NCBI GenBank assembly: GCA_902496115.1
Contig: CABUZK010000007.1
Span: 2,256 to 66,255, forward strand
Reading direction: 5' to 3'
Source: an uncultured Collinsella sp.
GTDB lineage: Bacteria > Actinomycetota > Coriobacteriia > Coriobacteriales > Coriobacteriaceae
DNA length: 64,000 bases
Shown here: positions 46,789 through 58,830 of the stretch, piece after piece
Layout: the number at the start of each line of letters is the position of its first letter
Numbering within the stretch: the stretch's first letter is position 1
Program-made: the position numbers and the translations under genes
The notes under the pieces: model-generated
Databases searched by the model: none
What the model was told of the DNA's origin: nothing
What the model saw: only the letters and a program-made list of their open reading frames with translations

Positions 46789-48525
46789 ATGAAAGGATTC
46801 AAATTGTTTAACGTCAACGCACAGGCAAAGGAAATCGGCTGGACTCTCACGACCCGCCTCCGCAGTTCATTGCCGTCCGACTATCTCTATCCGCTCGTTT
46901 ATCTCGCGCGCTTCGCTCAGAAAACCGGCAGATGCGACGACCACGCCGAAATGATTGAGCTCGCATCCCAGGGTGACGGCGATATCGCTGCTCTGCTCGA
47001 TCACGCCTATAAACGAATTGCCGCAGACGGATCATTCGACGAACTCCTTGCCGCTCTTTCCAATTTCAACGAAGAAGCAATCGACAAATTCCTTCAGGAC
47101 GGCCCGATCAGCCAGGGAATCTTTGGCGGAGAGTCCTCGACCCCCGAGGGAATCGCGCACCTCGCACTTGCTGTTCTAGATATTAAGTCCGGCGAGAAGG
47201 TCATTGACTTCGGCTGCGGAACGGGCAATTTTCTCGAAGCTGCCGCGACGAAATGCCCCGATGCCAAACTTATGGGCGTCGAACTAAATTCGAACACCCT
47301 TGCCATCGCAAAGCTCCGTTCCAAAGTCAAGAGTTCGCAGATTTACTATGCCTGTGATGACATGTTTCGCTATTTCGACAGCAGCATCGAGTGCAATCCT
47401 GTAGATAAAGCATTCTCCAACTACCCCTGGGGAATGCAGACCAAGATGTTCTATAAGAGTTCTAATTACATTGAGAAAGTCATGAAAGGCCAGGAACGCT
47501 ACAGCCGCCCGTCGTCATCCGATTGGGTCTTCAACCGTCTTCTTGTCGATTCCCTTAAAAAGGACGGGACCGCCGCCGCAGTCATGTCGAACGGCGCGTG
47601 CTTCAATGGCATGGATAAACCTGTTCGCGAATATTTCGTTAAGAACGGTTTCATTAAAGCGATTGTCGCACTGCCTAAGGGGGTCTTTGCTCCCTACACG
47701 ATGATTCAAACGTCATTCGTCATCCTTAGCGCAGGCGGCTCCAAGGGGGTTCGCTTTGTCGATGCAACTGATTTAGGCACCAATGATCGCCGCAGCTGCT
47801 CAATTGACGAAACCGCCATTAACGCGATTGTCGAGCGCCTCGGCACCGATTCCGAAAAGAGTGTTTTCAAAACACTTGATGAAATTGCGGCGCGTGACTT
47901 CGATCTCTCTGCAAAGCGTTATCTCGAAAAAGAAATCGAGGTCCCGAATGGGGTTGAGCTCGGGAGCGTCGCAAAAATCATGCGAGGCGCAAGCGTTCGC
48001 GCAGCAGAACTCGATGCACTTGTCTGTGACGAAGACACCGGACTCAGCTATCTCAACCTGGGAAATATCTCTGATGGGTCTATCGACGACGACCTTCCAA
48101 ACCTCTCCACGCTCGACATGAAGCTTGAGAAGTATCGCATCCACGACGGTGACGTCCTCATCTCAAAGTCTGGAGCCCCATTCAAGGTTGCGGTTGCCGA
48201 AGTTCCCGAAGATCGAAAAATCATCGCAAATGGAAACCTGTACGTATTGAGCACCAACAGAGAAAAGATTGACCCCTACTATCTCGCAGCGTTTTTCTCG
48301 AGCCCCACTGGAAAAGAGCTCCTTGCCCGCGAAGCAGTCGGCACTACCATACCCAGTGTGCCCATCAAAGCTCTCAGCAACATCAAGGTGCCCCTCGAGG
48401 ACGCCGATCGTCAGAAGACGATTGCCGATGCCTATCTCGCCAAGACAGACGAGATCAAGTTGTTAAAGTTACGTCTATCTCGAGCCCGCCAGGAACTTAC
48501 CGACCTTTTCGATGAGGAGGGTTAG
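46789..48525 (+). CDS. N6-adenine DNA methyltransferase fused to a single HsdS-type target-recognition domain
   Basis: ATG at 46789. Motif I VIDFGCGTGNFL and motif IV SNYPWG. The C-terminal ~190 aa is TRD-like (GVELGSVAKIMRGASV..., IPSVPIKALSNIKVPL) followed by a coiled conserved region. Confidence 0.8.
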   Translation: MKGFKLFNVNAQAKEIGWTLTTRLRSSLPSDYLYPLVYLARFAQKTGRCDDHAEMIELASQGDGDIAALLDHAYKRIAADGSFDELLAALSNFNEEAIDKFLQDGPISQGIFGGESSTPEGIAHLALAVLDIKSGEKVIDFGCGTGNFLEAAATKCPDAKLMGVELNSNTLAIAKLRSKVKSSQIYYACDDMFRYFDSSIECNPVDKAFSNYPWGMQTKMFYKSSNYIEKVMKGQERYSRPSSSDWVFNRLLVDSLKKDGTAAAVMSNGACFNGMDKPVREYFVKNGFIKAIVALPKGVFAPYTMIQTSFVILSAGGSKGVRFVDATDLGTNDRRSCSIDETAINAIVERLGTDSEKSVFKTLDEIAARDFDLSAKRYLEKEIEVPNGVELGSVAKIMRGASVRAAELDALVCDEDTGLSYLNLGNISDGSIDDDLPNLSTLDMKLEKYRIHDGDVLISKSGAPFKVAVAEVPEDRKIIANGNLYVLSTNREKIDPYYLAAFFSSPTGKELLAREAVGTTIPSVPIKALSNIKVPLEDADRQKTIADAYLAKTDEIKLLKLRLSRARQELTDLFDEEG

Positions 48526-48527
48526 CC

Positions 48528-49067
48528 TTGGCGCATCTCACCATTCAGGAGCTCTCCGACCTTTGCGACGAGATGATGGGGCGCATGGGGCTCGAACTAC
48601 TACCCGCCATAACAAAGGCGAATCGCGAAGACACCCTAGAGGATCTTTTGGCATCCCTTGGAATGTCCGACCTTCTCGTAAGCGAAAACGATCCCCATGA
48701 GGAACGTTTTCTGGGTAAGATCCTCGTTGTCGGCGCAAGCGCCGTTAACGTCGACAAGCTGCGCAGTATCGCCCGCAAGAAAGGGTTCGATCCGAATCGA
48801 TTTGAGTTCCAGCTCGAATATTCCCGACTCAAGCACTTCAACTTCGGCAAAATACGCGGCTCGATGGGCTACGCCGCAATACTTGCGGGCCCCATGCCTC
48901 ACAAGACTCCGGGCGCCGATGAAGCCTCGAGTTTCATCGCTCGCGTTGAGAACAATCCGGATGACTACCCGACACTCATTAAAATGCAAACGGGAAACGA
49001 CCTCAAGATCACCAACAACAGCTTCAAGCAAGCGCTTGGCCAACTGTCACAACACGAGTGCCTGTAA
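48528..49067 (+). CDS. 179-aa hypothetical protein, translationally coupled to the MTase-TRD gene
   Basis: TTG start 2 nt after the upstream stop, GAGGAGGG 8 nt upstream. Central KILVVGASAVNVDKLRSIARKKGF suggests a small Rossmann-like unit. Family not recognised. Confidence 0.55.
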   Translation: MAHLTIQELSDLCDEMMGRMGLELLPAITKANREDTLEDLLASLGMSDLLVSENDPHEERFLGKILVVGASAVNVDKLRSIARKKGFDPNRFEFQLEYSRLKHFNFGKIRGSMGYAAILAGPMPHKTPGADEASSFIARVENNPDDYPTLIKMQTGNDLKITNNSFKQALGQLSQHECL

Positions 49068-49248
49068 ATTGAAGCCGATTTAATTAATAAACGAGCCCTG
49101 CCACTGACTGCCATTCTAATGTAATCAACCGATAAGAGAAATGGCGACCAACGGGTGTCAGATATACCAATATATGCAAGATTAACTGCTAGAATGCAAT
49201 GGTGGACAGGCTCACCAACGTCGTGGAAGCATAAGGTAAGGAGTGCGC

Positions 49249-52338
<3,090 letters not shown>

Positions 52339-52352
52339 GGAGCTAAAACAGC

Positions 52353-53876
52353 ATGGCTAAACGCAAAGCTAAGGACACCAAGAAGAACACTGCCGACGTT
52401 GGCTTTGAGGATCAACTGTGGAACGCCGCAGATGTGCTGCGTGGCAACTTGGACGCTGCTGAGTACAAAAACGTCGTATTAGGCCTCATTTTCCTGAAGT
52501 ATCTCTCGGACCGTTTCGACGAACGCTACCTAGAGCTCGTCGCAGAGGGTTACGGCGACGAGGAGGATCGCGACTGCTACATGGAGCAGAATGTCTTCTT
52601 CGTTCCCGAAGAAGCACGTTGGGCGAACATCTCACAGGCGGCGCATACGCCTGAAATTGGCCAGATCATTGACAATGCCATGCGCGCCATCGAGCGCGAG
52701 AACGACAAGCTCAAAGACGTGCTGCCCAAAAACTTCGCTCGTCCCGAACTAGATAAGCGGCGCTTAGGCGACGTCGTCGACTTATTCACAAACGTACAAA
52801 TGACCGATAACGAGAGCGAGAAAGACCTGTTAGGGCGCGCATACGAATATTGCCTGCAGAAATTCGCATCAATGGAGGGCAAAAACGCCGGTGAGTTCTA
52901 TACGCCGTCGTGCATCGTGCGCACGCTAGTTGAAATCCTCCAGCCTTTCCACGGTCGTGTGTACGACCCCTGCTGCGGCAGCGGAGGCATGTTCGTGCAG
53001 TCCGCCGCCTTCGTCGAGCACCATGGCGGCAACGTGGTGCAGGACATCACCATCTTTGGCCAGGAGAGCAACCCTACCACGTGGAAGCTCGCAAAGATGA
53101 ACCTCGGTATTCGCGGCATCGAGGCCGATTTGGGCAACTACGCCGACACCTTCAGTGCCGACCAACACAAGAATGAAAAGTTCGATTTTGTACTGGCAAA
53201 CCCTCCGTTCAATCTTAAGAACTGGGGCGGCGAAGCGCTGCAGGAAGACGTACGTTGGAAGTACGGCATGCCGCCCACGGGCAACGCTAACTTCGCTTGG
53301 ATGCAGCATATGATTTGGCATCTTAACGGCACGGGCAAGATTGGCCTCGTATTGGCAAACGGGTCGCTCTCGAGCCAGGCGAGCGGCGAGGGCGATATTC
53401 GACGTGCTATCGTAGAGGACGATTTAGTCGAGGGCATTGTAGCCATGCCGGGGCAGCTGTTCTACAGCACCCAAATTCCCGTGTGTCTGTGGATCCTGAA
53501 CAAGAAGAAGGCTCAGTCCGGCAAGACACTATTCATCGATGCCCGCGAAATGGGCACCATGGTCTCTCGCAAACTACGCGAGTTTACCGAAGAGGACATC
53601 AACAAAGTTGCATCCGCATTCGACTCCTTCCGCAAGGGCAAGTTCGAGCCCGTGAAGGGGTTCAGCGCCATAGCGGATTTGGATGAAATCGCCAAGCAAG
53701 ATTTCATCCTGACGCCCGGTCGCTACGTAGGCATTGCCGAGATCGAAGACGACGGCGAGCCGTTTGAGGAGAAGATGGCACGCCTAACCAGCGAGATTTC
53801 AAAGTGTTTTGAAGAGTCCAACCGCTTGCAGGAGCAGATTAAGAAGAATCTGGAGGCGATTGGTTATGGGATGTAG
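52353..53876 (+). CDS. hsdM: Type I restriction-modification system, M subunit
   Basis: HsdM N-domain LWNAADVLRG, VYDPCCGSGGMF and NPPFN. Confidence 0.93.
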   Translation: MAKRKAKDTKKNTADVGFEDQLWNAADVLRGNLDAAEYKNVVLGLIFLKYLSDRFDERYLELVAEGYGDEEDRDCYMEQNVFFVPEEARWANISQAAHTPEIGQIIDNAMRAIERENDKLKDVLPKNFARPELDKRRLGDVVDLFTNVQMTDNESEKDLLGRAYEYCLQKFASMEGKNAGEFYTPSCIVRTLVEILQPFHGRVYDPCCGSGGMFVQSAAFVEHHGGNVVQDITIFGQESNPTTWKLAKMNLGIRGIEADLGNYADTFSADQHKNEKFDFVLANPPFNLKNWGGEALQEDVRWKYGMPPTGNANFAWMQHMIWHLNGTGKIGLVLANGSLSSQASGEGDIRRAIVEDDLVEGIVAMPGQLFYSTQIPVCLWILNKKKAQSGKTLFIDAREMGTMVSRKLREFTEEDINKVASAFDSFRKGKFEPVKGFSAIADLDEIAKQDFILTPGRYVGIAEIEDDGEPFEEKMARLTSEISKCFEESNRLQEQIKKNLEAIGYGM

Positions 53877-55047
53877 AGTCGCACTTGGTGACGTTTGTAG
53901 CTTCTACCGCGGCGCCAGCGTCCCCCGTACCCGCATGTACGATAAGGGTGCCTATCTTTACATTCACTATGGAGATCTTTACAAAGGTTTCGACCTACAC
54001 ATCGACGTTGAAGACCCCGCAAAACCCATCCCATACATCCTTAACAACGAAAAGATAAAAGACAGTCAGCGTCTCAGAGACCAAGACATCGTATATGTGC
54101 TGACCTCAGAGACAGTCGATGACCTTGGTCATGCCTACTTGTTTAACAATCCAAAGGACAAGCCTGCCATTTCAGGCACCGAAACAACCATCGTGCGCGT
54201 CAATCGCCGAGACCTCGTCGTGCCGGCTTACCTCAACTATCTCATGAGCTCTCCGCGCTTTATTAGAGAGCTCCGGCAGTACACGAGAGGCATGAAGGTA
54301 TTCCGTGTCCATCCCAAAGACGTGGCACGAATCGAAATCGATTTACCGCAAACTGAGGTGCAGCATCAAATTGTTTCAATACTTGACGCGATATACGCAA
54401 AGCAGCAAGCAAACTCTAAGCTAAATGGCTATTTACTTGATTTGGCAACAGCGCAATTTGAGGCTGCGCTGAAAGAGCGTGCGTCCAATGTGAGGCTTGG
54501 AGATATCATCGGGCTCGAAGATTCAAAGAGAGTTCCTCTAAATAGCAGGGATCGCGAGAGTCGAAAAGGGCCTTATCCATATTACGGGGCAACGTCAATC
54601 ATGGATTATGTCGACGATTACCTTTTCGATGGGGTGCGGGTGTTGCTTGGTGAAGACGGCTCAGTCATCGATTCTGAGGGGAAGCCCGTTCTTCAGTACG
54701 TCTGGGGAAGATATTGGGTCAACAACCATGCCCATATTCTGAAAGCTGCTGGCGCGTATCCTCTAGAAGCTATATATGTCGCGTTGAGGCGCACCTCGAT
54801 CGGCCATATTGTTACCGGTGCAGTTCAAATGAAGATCAGCCAGCGTAATTTAAAAAAACTCGAGGTATCTATGCCGGATCCGGGGTCGCTCGACTACCTA
54901 CAGCCCCTTTTCGCTGCATACCGTAATCTGTGTGAAGAAAGTCGCCACCTTGTAACTCTTCGCGACACCCTTCTCCCCAAGCTCATGACGGGCGAGATCG
55001 ATGTCTCAGAGCTCAACCTCAAGCAGCTAAATAGCCATTTAGCTTAG
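53866..55047 (+). CDS. hsdS: Type I R-M specificity subunit (expressed copy; TRD1a-CR1-TRD2a-CR2)
   Basis: ATG at 53866 overlaps the hsdM end by 11 nt. The central conserved region is ...NSKLNGYLLDLA. The C-terminal conserved region is LRDTLLPKLMTGEIDVSELNLKQLNSHLA. Confidence 0.9.
   Translation: MGCRVALGDVCSFYRGASVPRTRMYDKGAYLYIHYGDLYKGFDLHIDVEDPAKPIPYILNNEKIKDSQRLRDQDIVYVLTSETVDDLGHAYLFNNPKDKPAISGTETTIVRVNRRDLVVPAYLNYLMSSPRFIRELRQYTRGMKVFRVHPKDVARIEIDLPQTEVQHQIVSILDAIYAKQQANSKLNGYLLDLATAQFEAALKERASNVRLGDIIGLEDSKRVPLNSRDRESRKGPYPYYGATSIMDYVDDYLFDGVRVLLGEDGSVIDSEGKPVLQYVWGRYWVNNHAHILKAAGAYPLEAIYVALRRTSIGHIVTGAVQMKISQRNLKKLEVSMPDPGSLDYLQPLFAAYRNLCEESRHLVTLRDTLLPKLMTGEIDVSELNLKQLNSHLA
54419..54440 (+). 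repeat. Shufflon recombination site S1
   Basis: AGCTAAATGGCTATTTACTTGA is the exact inverted repeat of 57134-57155. Confidence 0.8.
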
Positions 55048-55486
55048 TGTTGAGTTCAATTTTATTGTCCAGTAAACCCAGGACGCCAGAAATAGCGGTC
55101 TGTGTTTCGTAATCCGGAACACAGACCGGGCATAGATGAACGTGATTGCGATTTATGCCCGGCACGGCGCTTGCAGTTAAGTAGTCTCGCCATGGAATAG
55201 TTTTGAGTAGATAATAAACGAACTTAGGATCATTGCCCTTAAAGTCTGTCGAGTACAAAGACGTATTTAATGGCCAGCAAGCTGCATCAGAGAAAAAAAC
55301 TTGGCCAATAGTTCCGTAGCGTCCAGTTACGACGCATGGACCCTTAACGGCGGCTTTCGAATGCGTGCCCGTTTGTCCCGAAGATGAGAAAACCGGATAG
55401 GGGCCATCAGCCCTGCTGCTGGAAGGGAGGTCAAACCCCCTTTTTAGATTAACAATCTCTCCCAAGGTCTTTTGCGTCCAGCTCAT
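55019..55486 (-). CDS. Silent/alternative hsdS half-gene (TRD1b ending in CR1 ...KLNGYLAA)
   Basis: 155 aa, MSWTQKTLGEIVNLKRGFDLPSS.... Its start overlaps the recombinase stop (ATGA). Confidence 0.8.
   Translation of the reverse strand: MSWTQKTLGEIVNLKRGFDLPSSSRADGPYPVFSSSGQTGTHSKAAVKGPCVVTGRYGTIGQVFFSDAACWPLNTSLYSTDFKGNDPKFVYYLLKTIPWRDYLTASAVPGINRNHVHLCPVCVPDYETQTAISGVLGLLDNKIELNTKLNGYLAA
55023..55041 (-). repeat. Shufflon recombination site S2
   Basis: GCAGCTAAATAGCCATTTA is the exact inverted repeat of 56500-56518. The core TAAATAGCCATTTA is the reverse complement of the S1 core. Confidence 0.8.
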
Positions 55487-56406
55487 TCCAAATACTTCCT
55501 GTGCGAAGCCTTCACATTGCTCTGATTAACCATGGCGTAGTACATGGTTGTGTCTATTTTCGCATGGCCCAACAGCTTTTGCACCTGCTCTATGGGCATT
55601 CCCTTGTCGATAGCATGGGTGGCAAGCGTACGGCGAAACTTATGCGGATGAACGCGGTTGATACCGGCGCTTCTGCCTAGGTCACGTAAACGGAGTTCTA
55701 TGCTCCCCACCGTAATACGTCGAGCTGAGGAATCGAGCGCGACAAATAATGCAGGACTCTTGTCAGCACGGCTCGAAAGATATTCCGTAAGATGAAGCTT
55801 AGCGCGCGCATCGAAGTAAACGGGGCGCTGCTTATTTCCCTTTCCCATTACAAGGCATTCGCGCTCGTGCAGATTGACATCCTTCCTGTCGAGTCGCACA
55901 AGTTCGCCAATACGCATGCCCGTCGAAGCGAGTAGATCAACGATGGCAAGATCTCGCTTGGACTCACAGGCGTCTCGCAATACCTCCAGTTCCTCATCGC
56001 TAAGCACCTCTTTGGTTACTTGAGCTGTTTTGACGCGACGAATGCGCCTTACAGGACTTTTCACAATGTAATCCTCATCTTCAAGCCACGAAAAGAAGCT
56101 CGACATGATACGACGTATATTATCGATTGTGACCTTACTAGAACCGCGTTTCACCTCGTAATCATTGAGATAGCGGCGCAAGTCGTCGCTCTCAACCTGG
56201 GTATAGGGCTTAGCAAGCGCTGTGTTCATATGCCGTAAGGTTGCCTCATAGTATGCAATGGTTTTAGGAGAGCATCCCTCGACCTCTTTAGCGGTGAGAA
56301 AGAGCACAAGCAGATCTTGCTCTGGCTCTGTTTGTTTCGGCCCGAGTGCCCGTCTAAGCGTAATGGTTAGATGTTTGAGCTGGTGTGGGTCGAGAAGGCC
56401 CTGCAT
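55483..56406 (-). CDS. Tyrosine site-specific recombinase (XerC/D-integrase family) embedded in the hsdS shufflon
   Basis: Internal ATG at 56406 of the 549-aa track ORF. SAM-like N-domain. The catalytic-domain motifs include ...TGMRIGEL..., HPHKFRRTLATH and the terminal ...MYYAMV Tyr. Confidence 0.85.
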   Translation of the reverse strand: MQGLLDPHQLKHLTITLRRALGPKQTEPEQDLLVLFLTAKEVEGCSPKTIAYYEATLRHMNTALAKPYTQVESDDLRRYLNDYEVKRGSSKVTIDNIRRIMSSFFSWLEDEDYIVKSPVRRIRRVKTAQVTKEVLSDEELEVLRDACESKRDLAIVDLLASTGMRIGELVRLDRKDVNLHERECLVMGKGNKQRPVYFDARAKLHLTEYLSSRADKSPALFVALDSSARRITVGSIELRLRDLGRSAGINRVHPHKFRRTLATHAIDKGMPIEQVQKLLGHAKIDTTMYYAMVNQSNVKASHRKYLE

Positions 56407-56499
56407 TTCCGAAAGTACGGTATTGATGACAGTTTCCACGCTGTTCCTTTCGTCGAGTACGATAGCCACAGTGTGGACGGCGCGTTGTACATAGTGAAG

Positions 56500-56518
56500 T
56501 AAATGGCTATTTAGCTGC
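56500..56518 (+). repeat. Shufflon recombination site S3
   Basis: TAAATGGCTATTTAGCTGC. See S2. Confidence 0.8.
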
Positions 56519-57133
56519 GTAAAATCGACCCTTGAGACGTCGATCTCGCCCGACATAAGTTTGGGGAGAAGAGCGTCACGAAGAGCAGCCAGTTTTCGGT
56601 TCTGTGTCGAATTCTGAACAATCTGTTCTCTCAATGGCTCTGCAATAGTATTAAACCTCTCGAGATCTCCTCTTGCAGGAATAGGCACGTTCAACGCTTC
56701 CAAATCGCCTTTTCCCATATGCGCGACGGTAGTACCAGAGGCGTAGTTCTGGATGAAAGCCAACAATGGGTTCAATGCCATAAGCAAATAACTTCTTGAA
56801 ACTCCCGAATTGGCAGCGGGCTCGAAAAGGCAAACTCGCTGATTCAGTACAGCCATTTCACCCTGCCAGAGACATGGCGTGAATTCGGCATCCATTCCCG
56901 CTAAAACGTCACCAGGATGTACGAATACCCTTTTTGGATGAGCCTCATTTGTCCAATACTGCGGAGAGAAGGTGCTCAAATCACGTATGCGGATCAGGGG
57001 ATACCCTACCTTTTCCTCGTTAAACAAGGCAGACTTGAACGCTGCTCCATAAACAACATCAGCAATGTCATAAATTGACCCGAGGGTTAACTTGTTGCAG
57101 CAGAAGGAATGTTGGTACTGAACATTCATCAAC

Positions 57134-57155
57134 TCAAGTAAATAGCCATTTAGCT
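57134..57155 (-). repeat. Shufflon recombination site S4
   Basis: TCAAGTAAATAGCCATTTAGCT. See S1. Confidence 0.8.
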
Positions 57156-57194
57156 AAGTCTCTACGTCAGCTCGGACGCCATGTCTCGCCGCAC

Positions 57195-57231
57195 AAAAAC
57201 GGGGCAGCCAGCACTCCTGCGAACTGCCCCG
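57195..57231 (-). terminator. Rho-independent terminator of the zinc-ribbon protein gene
   Basis: Minus strand: CGGGGCAG-loop-CTGCCCCG followed by TTTTT. Confidence 0.7.
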
Positions 57232-57274
57232 CACCCCCGGCCATCACGTTACAGTACCAACCAGCACCACTCCC

Positions 57275-58612
57275 CTACTTCCCAAAGATCGCGCCGAACA
57301 GGCCCTTGCGCTTGGGCTTTTCCTCTCGGTAAGAACCCTCGGCCGCCGCTGCCACTTGGCGCGGTTGTTCGCCGCCTCCGCGGCGTACGATCTGGTATAG
57401 GAAGGGCGATTTAACGTATTTGACCTCGATGGGCGTAGCGTGCACGGTGCTTTCGCTCGACAGCATCACGTTGGGATTGAGCGGTGCCACCACATGCGTT
57501 TCGCGCTTGTCGCTAAACACCACCGCGGCCGCGCGACCCGTCTGGCCGTTTACGGCAATGCGTACCTGTTCGCCGTCGCGGCTATCCGACGCCGGGCGAT
57601 CGACAAAGTAGACCGGTACCATCACCAGGCCGTCCTTATGCTTGCGGGCTTTACGCGCCCAGGTGCGGATGCTCTTTTTATTGAGCCCCAGCACCGCCTC
57701 AGCATCGTTGCCGGCAACGTCGAGCGCCAGCTTATCAATGACCACCTGGTCCTTGGTGGACGCATCGACGGAAACGACGCGAAAGTCACCTTCCTGCATG
57801 GCGGGATCGAACGACCCCACCTTGCCAAAGTCCCACGGCTCCAAAATGCCCATAAGGTGAACGTCCAGGTAGTTTGCCCGCGGATACGCCCAGTCGAGCA
57901 CCTCGTAGTACACCAAGGTCTCCTTGCTCAGGCCCTTTCCCGGGAAGGACGCCATCATGCGCAGGTCCGCCAGCGCCATGGGGAAATAGAAGAGCATCAT
58001 GTCGTTTTGAATCGCGTCTTCCACGTCGTGCCCGGCAAAGGCATCAGGGTACTGGCGCACCAGCTGCAGCGCGTTGGCACGTGCCTGCTGTGGCGATATC
58101 TCACAGGGGACGCCCTGTTCGGGAACGTATTCGGCACCCACGCCCATGGTCAGGCGCTTGCTAAACGTGCCGGGCTTGAGAAGGTCAACCATACCGATTT
58201 TATTTCCGCAGGACGGGCACTCAAACACGCGCTGGGTCGATGACCCCTCAAAGGACGCGCCGCAGAAGGGGCAGGGAATGCTCACGTGCGTCGCCTCTTG
58301 GATCTCCTGCGCCGTGCCGCGGTCCTCCCACAGCAGGTGCTCAAGAACCGACTGATTGCGCCAGTGCGAATTGAAGAAATACCAGTCCGGGTCCTCCGGG
58401 CGCTCGAGTTGCGACACATGCGTGAGCTTGAGCAGTCCATCCACCACCGTCAACGGCGTATGGCGAATGCCCAGGGCGCTCTTGGGCTCCCCCGCATCAG
58501 CCTGCCACGGAACGACCGTGCCGCAATAGGCGCACTCAAAGCTGCGCTTAGCCTGGTGCGAGTACATAGGGCCGCCGCAGTTTTGACATTTAATGGCAAA
58601 CATCTCGTCCAT
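57275..58612 (-). CDS. Hypothetical protein with two zinc-ribbon motifs
   Basis: ATG at 58612 after AAGGAGG. CQNCGG...CAYCG and CPFCG...CPSCG. 445 aa. Confidence 0.65.
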   Translation of the reverse strand: MDEMFAIKCQNCGGPMYSHQAKRSFECAYCGTVVPWQADAGEPKSALGIRHTPLTVVDGLLKLTHVSQLERPEDPDWYFFNSHWRNQSVLEHLLWEDRGTAQEIQEATHVSIPCPFCGASFEGSSTQRVFECPSCGNKIGMVDLLKPGTFSKRLTMGVGAEYVPEQGVPCEISPQQARANALQLVRQYPDAFAGHDVEDAIQNDMMLFYFPMALADLRMMASFPGKGLSKETLVYYEVLDWAYPRANYLDVHLMGILEPWDFGKVGSFDPAMQEGDFRVVSVDASTKDQVVIDKLALDVAGNDAEAVLGLNKKSIRTWARKARKHKDGLVMVPVYFVDRPASDSRDGEQVRIAVNGQTGRAAAVVFSDKRETHVVAPLNPNVMLSSESTVHATPIEVKYVKSPFLYQIVRRGGGEQPRQVAAAAEGSYREEKPKRKGLFGAIFGK

Positions 58613-58830
58613 GGAAACGTCCTCCTTTGCACAGGGGCTGTCGACATTAAGTATGTCGAGCAAACAGGCACATGCCCATACCCATGTGGCCCAAAATGGA
58701 CCACCCAGGCAGACGAGAAGGCTCGCTCGTTAGTACCGGCAGACTATTGCTGCATTTTCTGAGCATCGGTGCACGGCGCCCCCGCGCGAGCTACACTATC
58801 CCCTTAAACATGATTGTGAGGACGACCGCT

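Larger units (their letters stand above)
56500..57155 (-). other. Silent hsdS cassette TRD2b-CR2 (no independent start context; reads in frame into the recombinase ORF)
   Basis: Minus strand: LNGYLLEL-MNVQYQHSF...ALRDALLPKLMSGEIDVSRVDFTQLNSHL. It is bounded by S4 and S3 and parallels TRD2a-CR2 of the expressed hsdS. Confidence 0.8.

Noticed and set aside
55483-57132. A single 549-aa HsdS-recombinase fusion protein.
   Set aside because: The open frame is continuous, but its 5' part is a promoterless hsdS cassette bounded by recombination sites. An internal ATG (56406) starts a normal-length tyrosine recombinase. I call them separately and note the in-frame arrangement.
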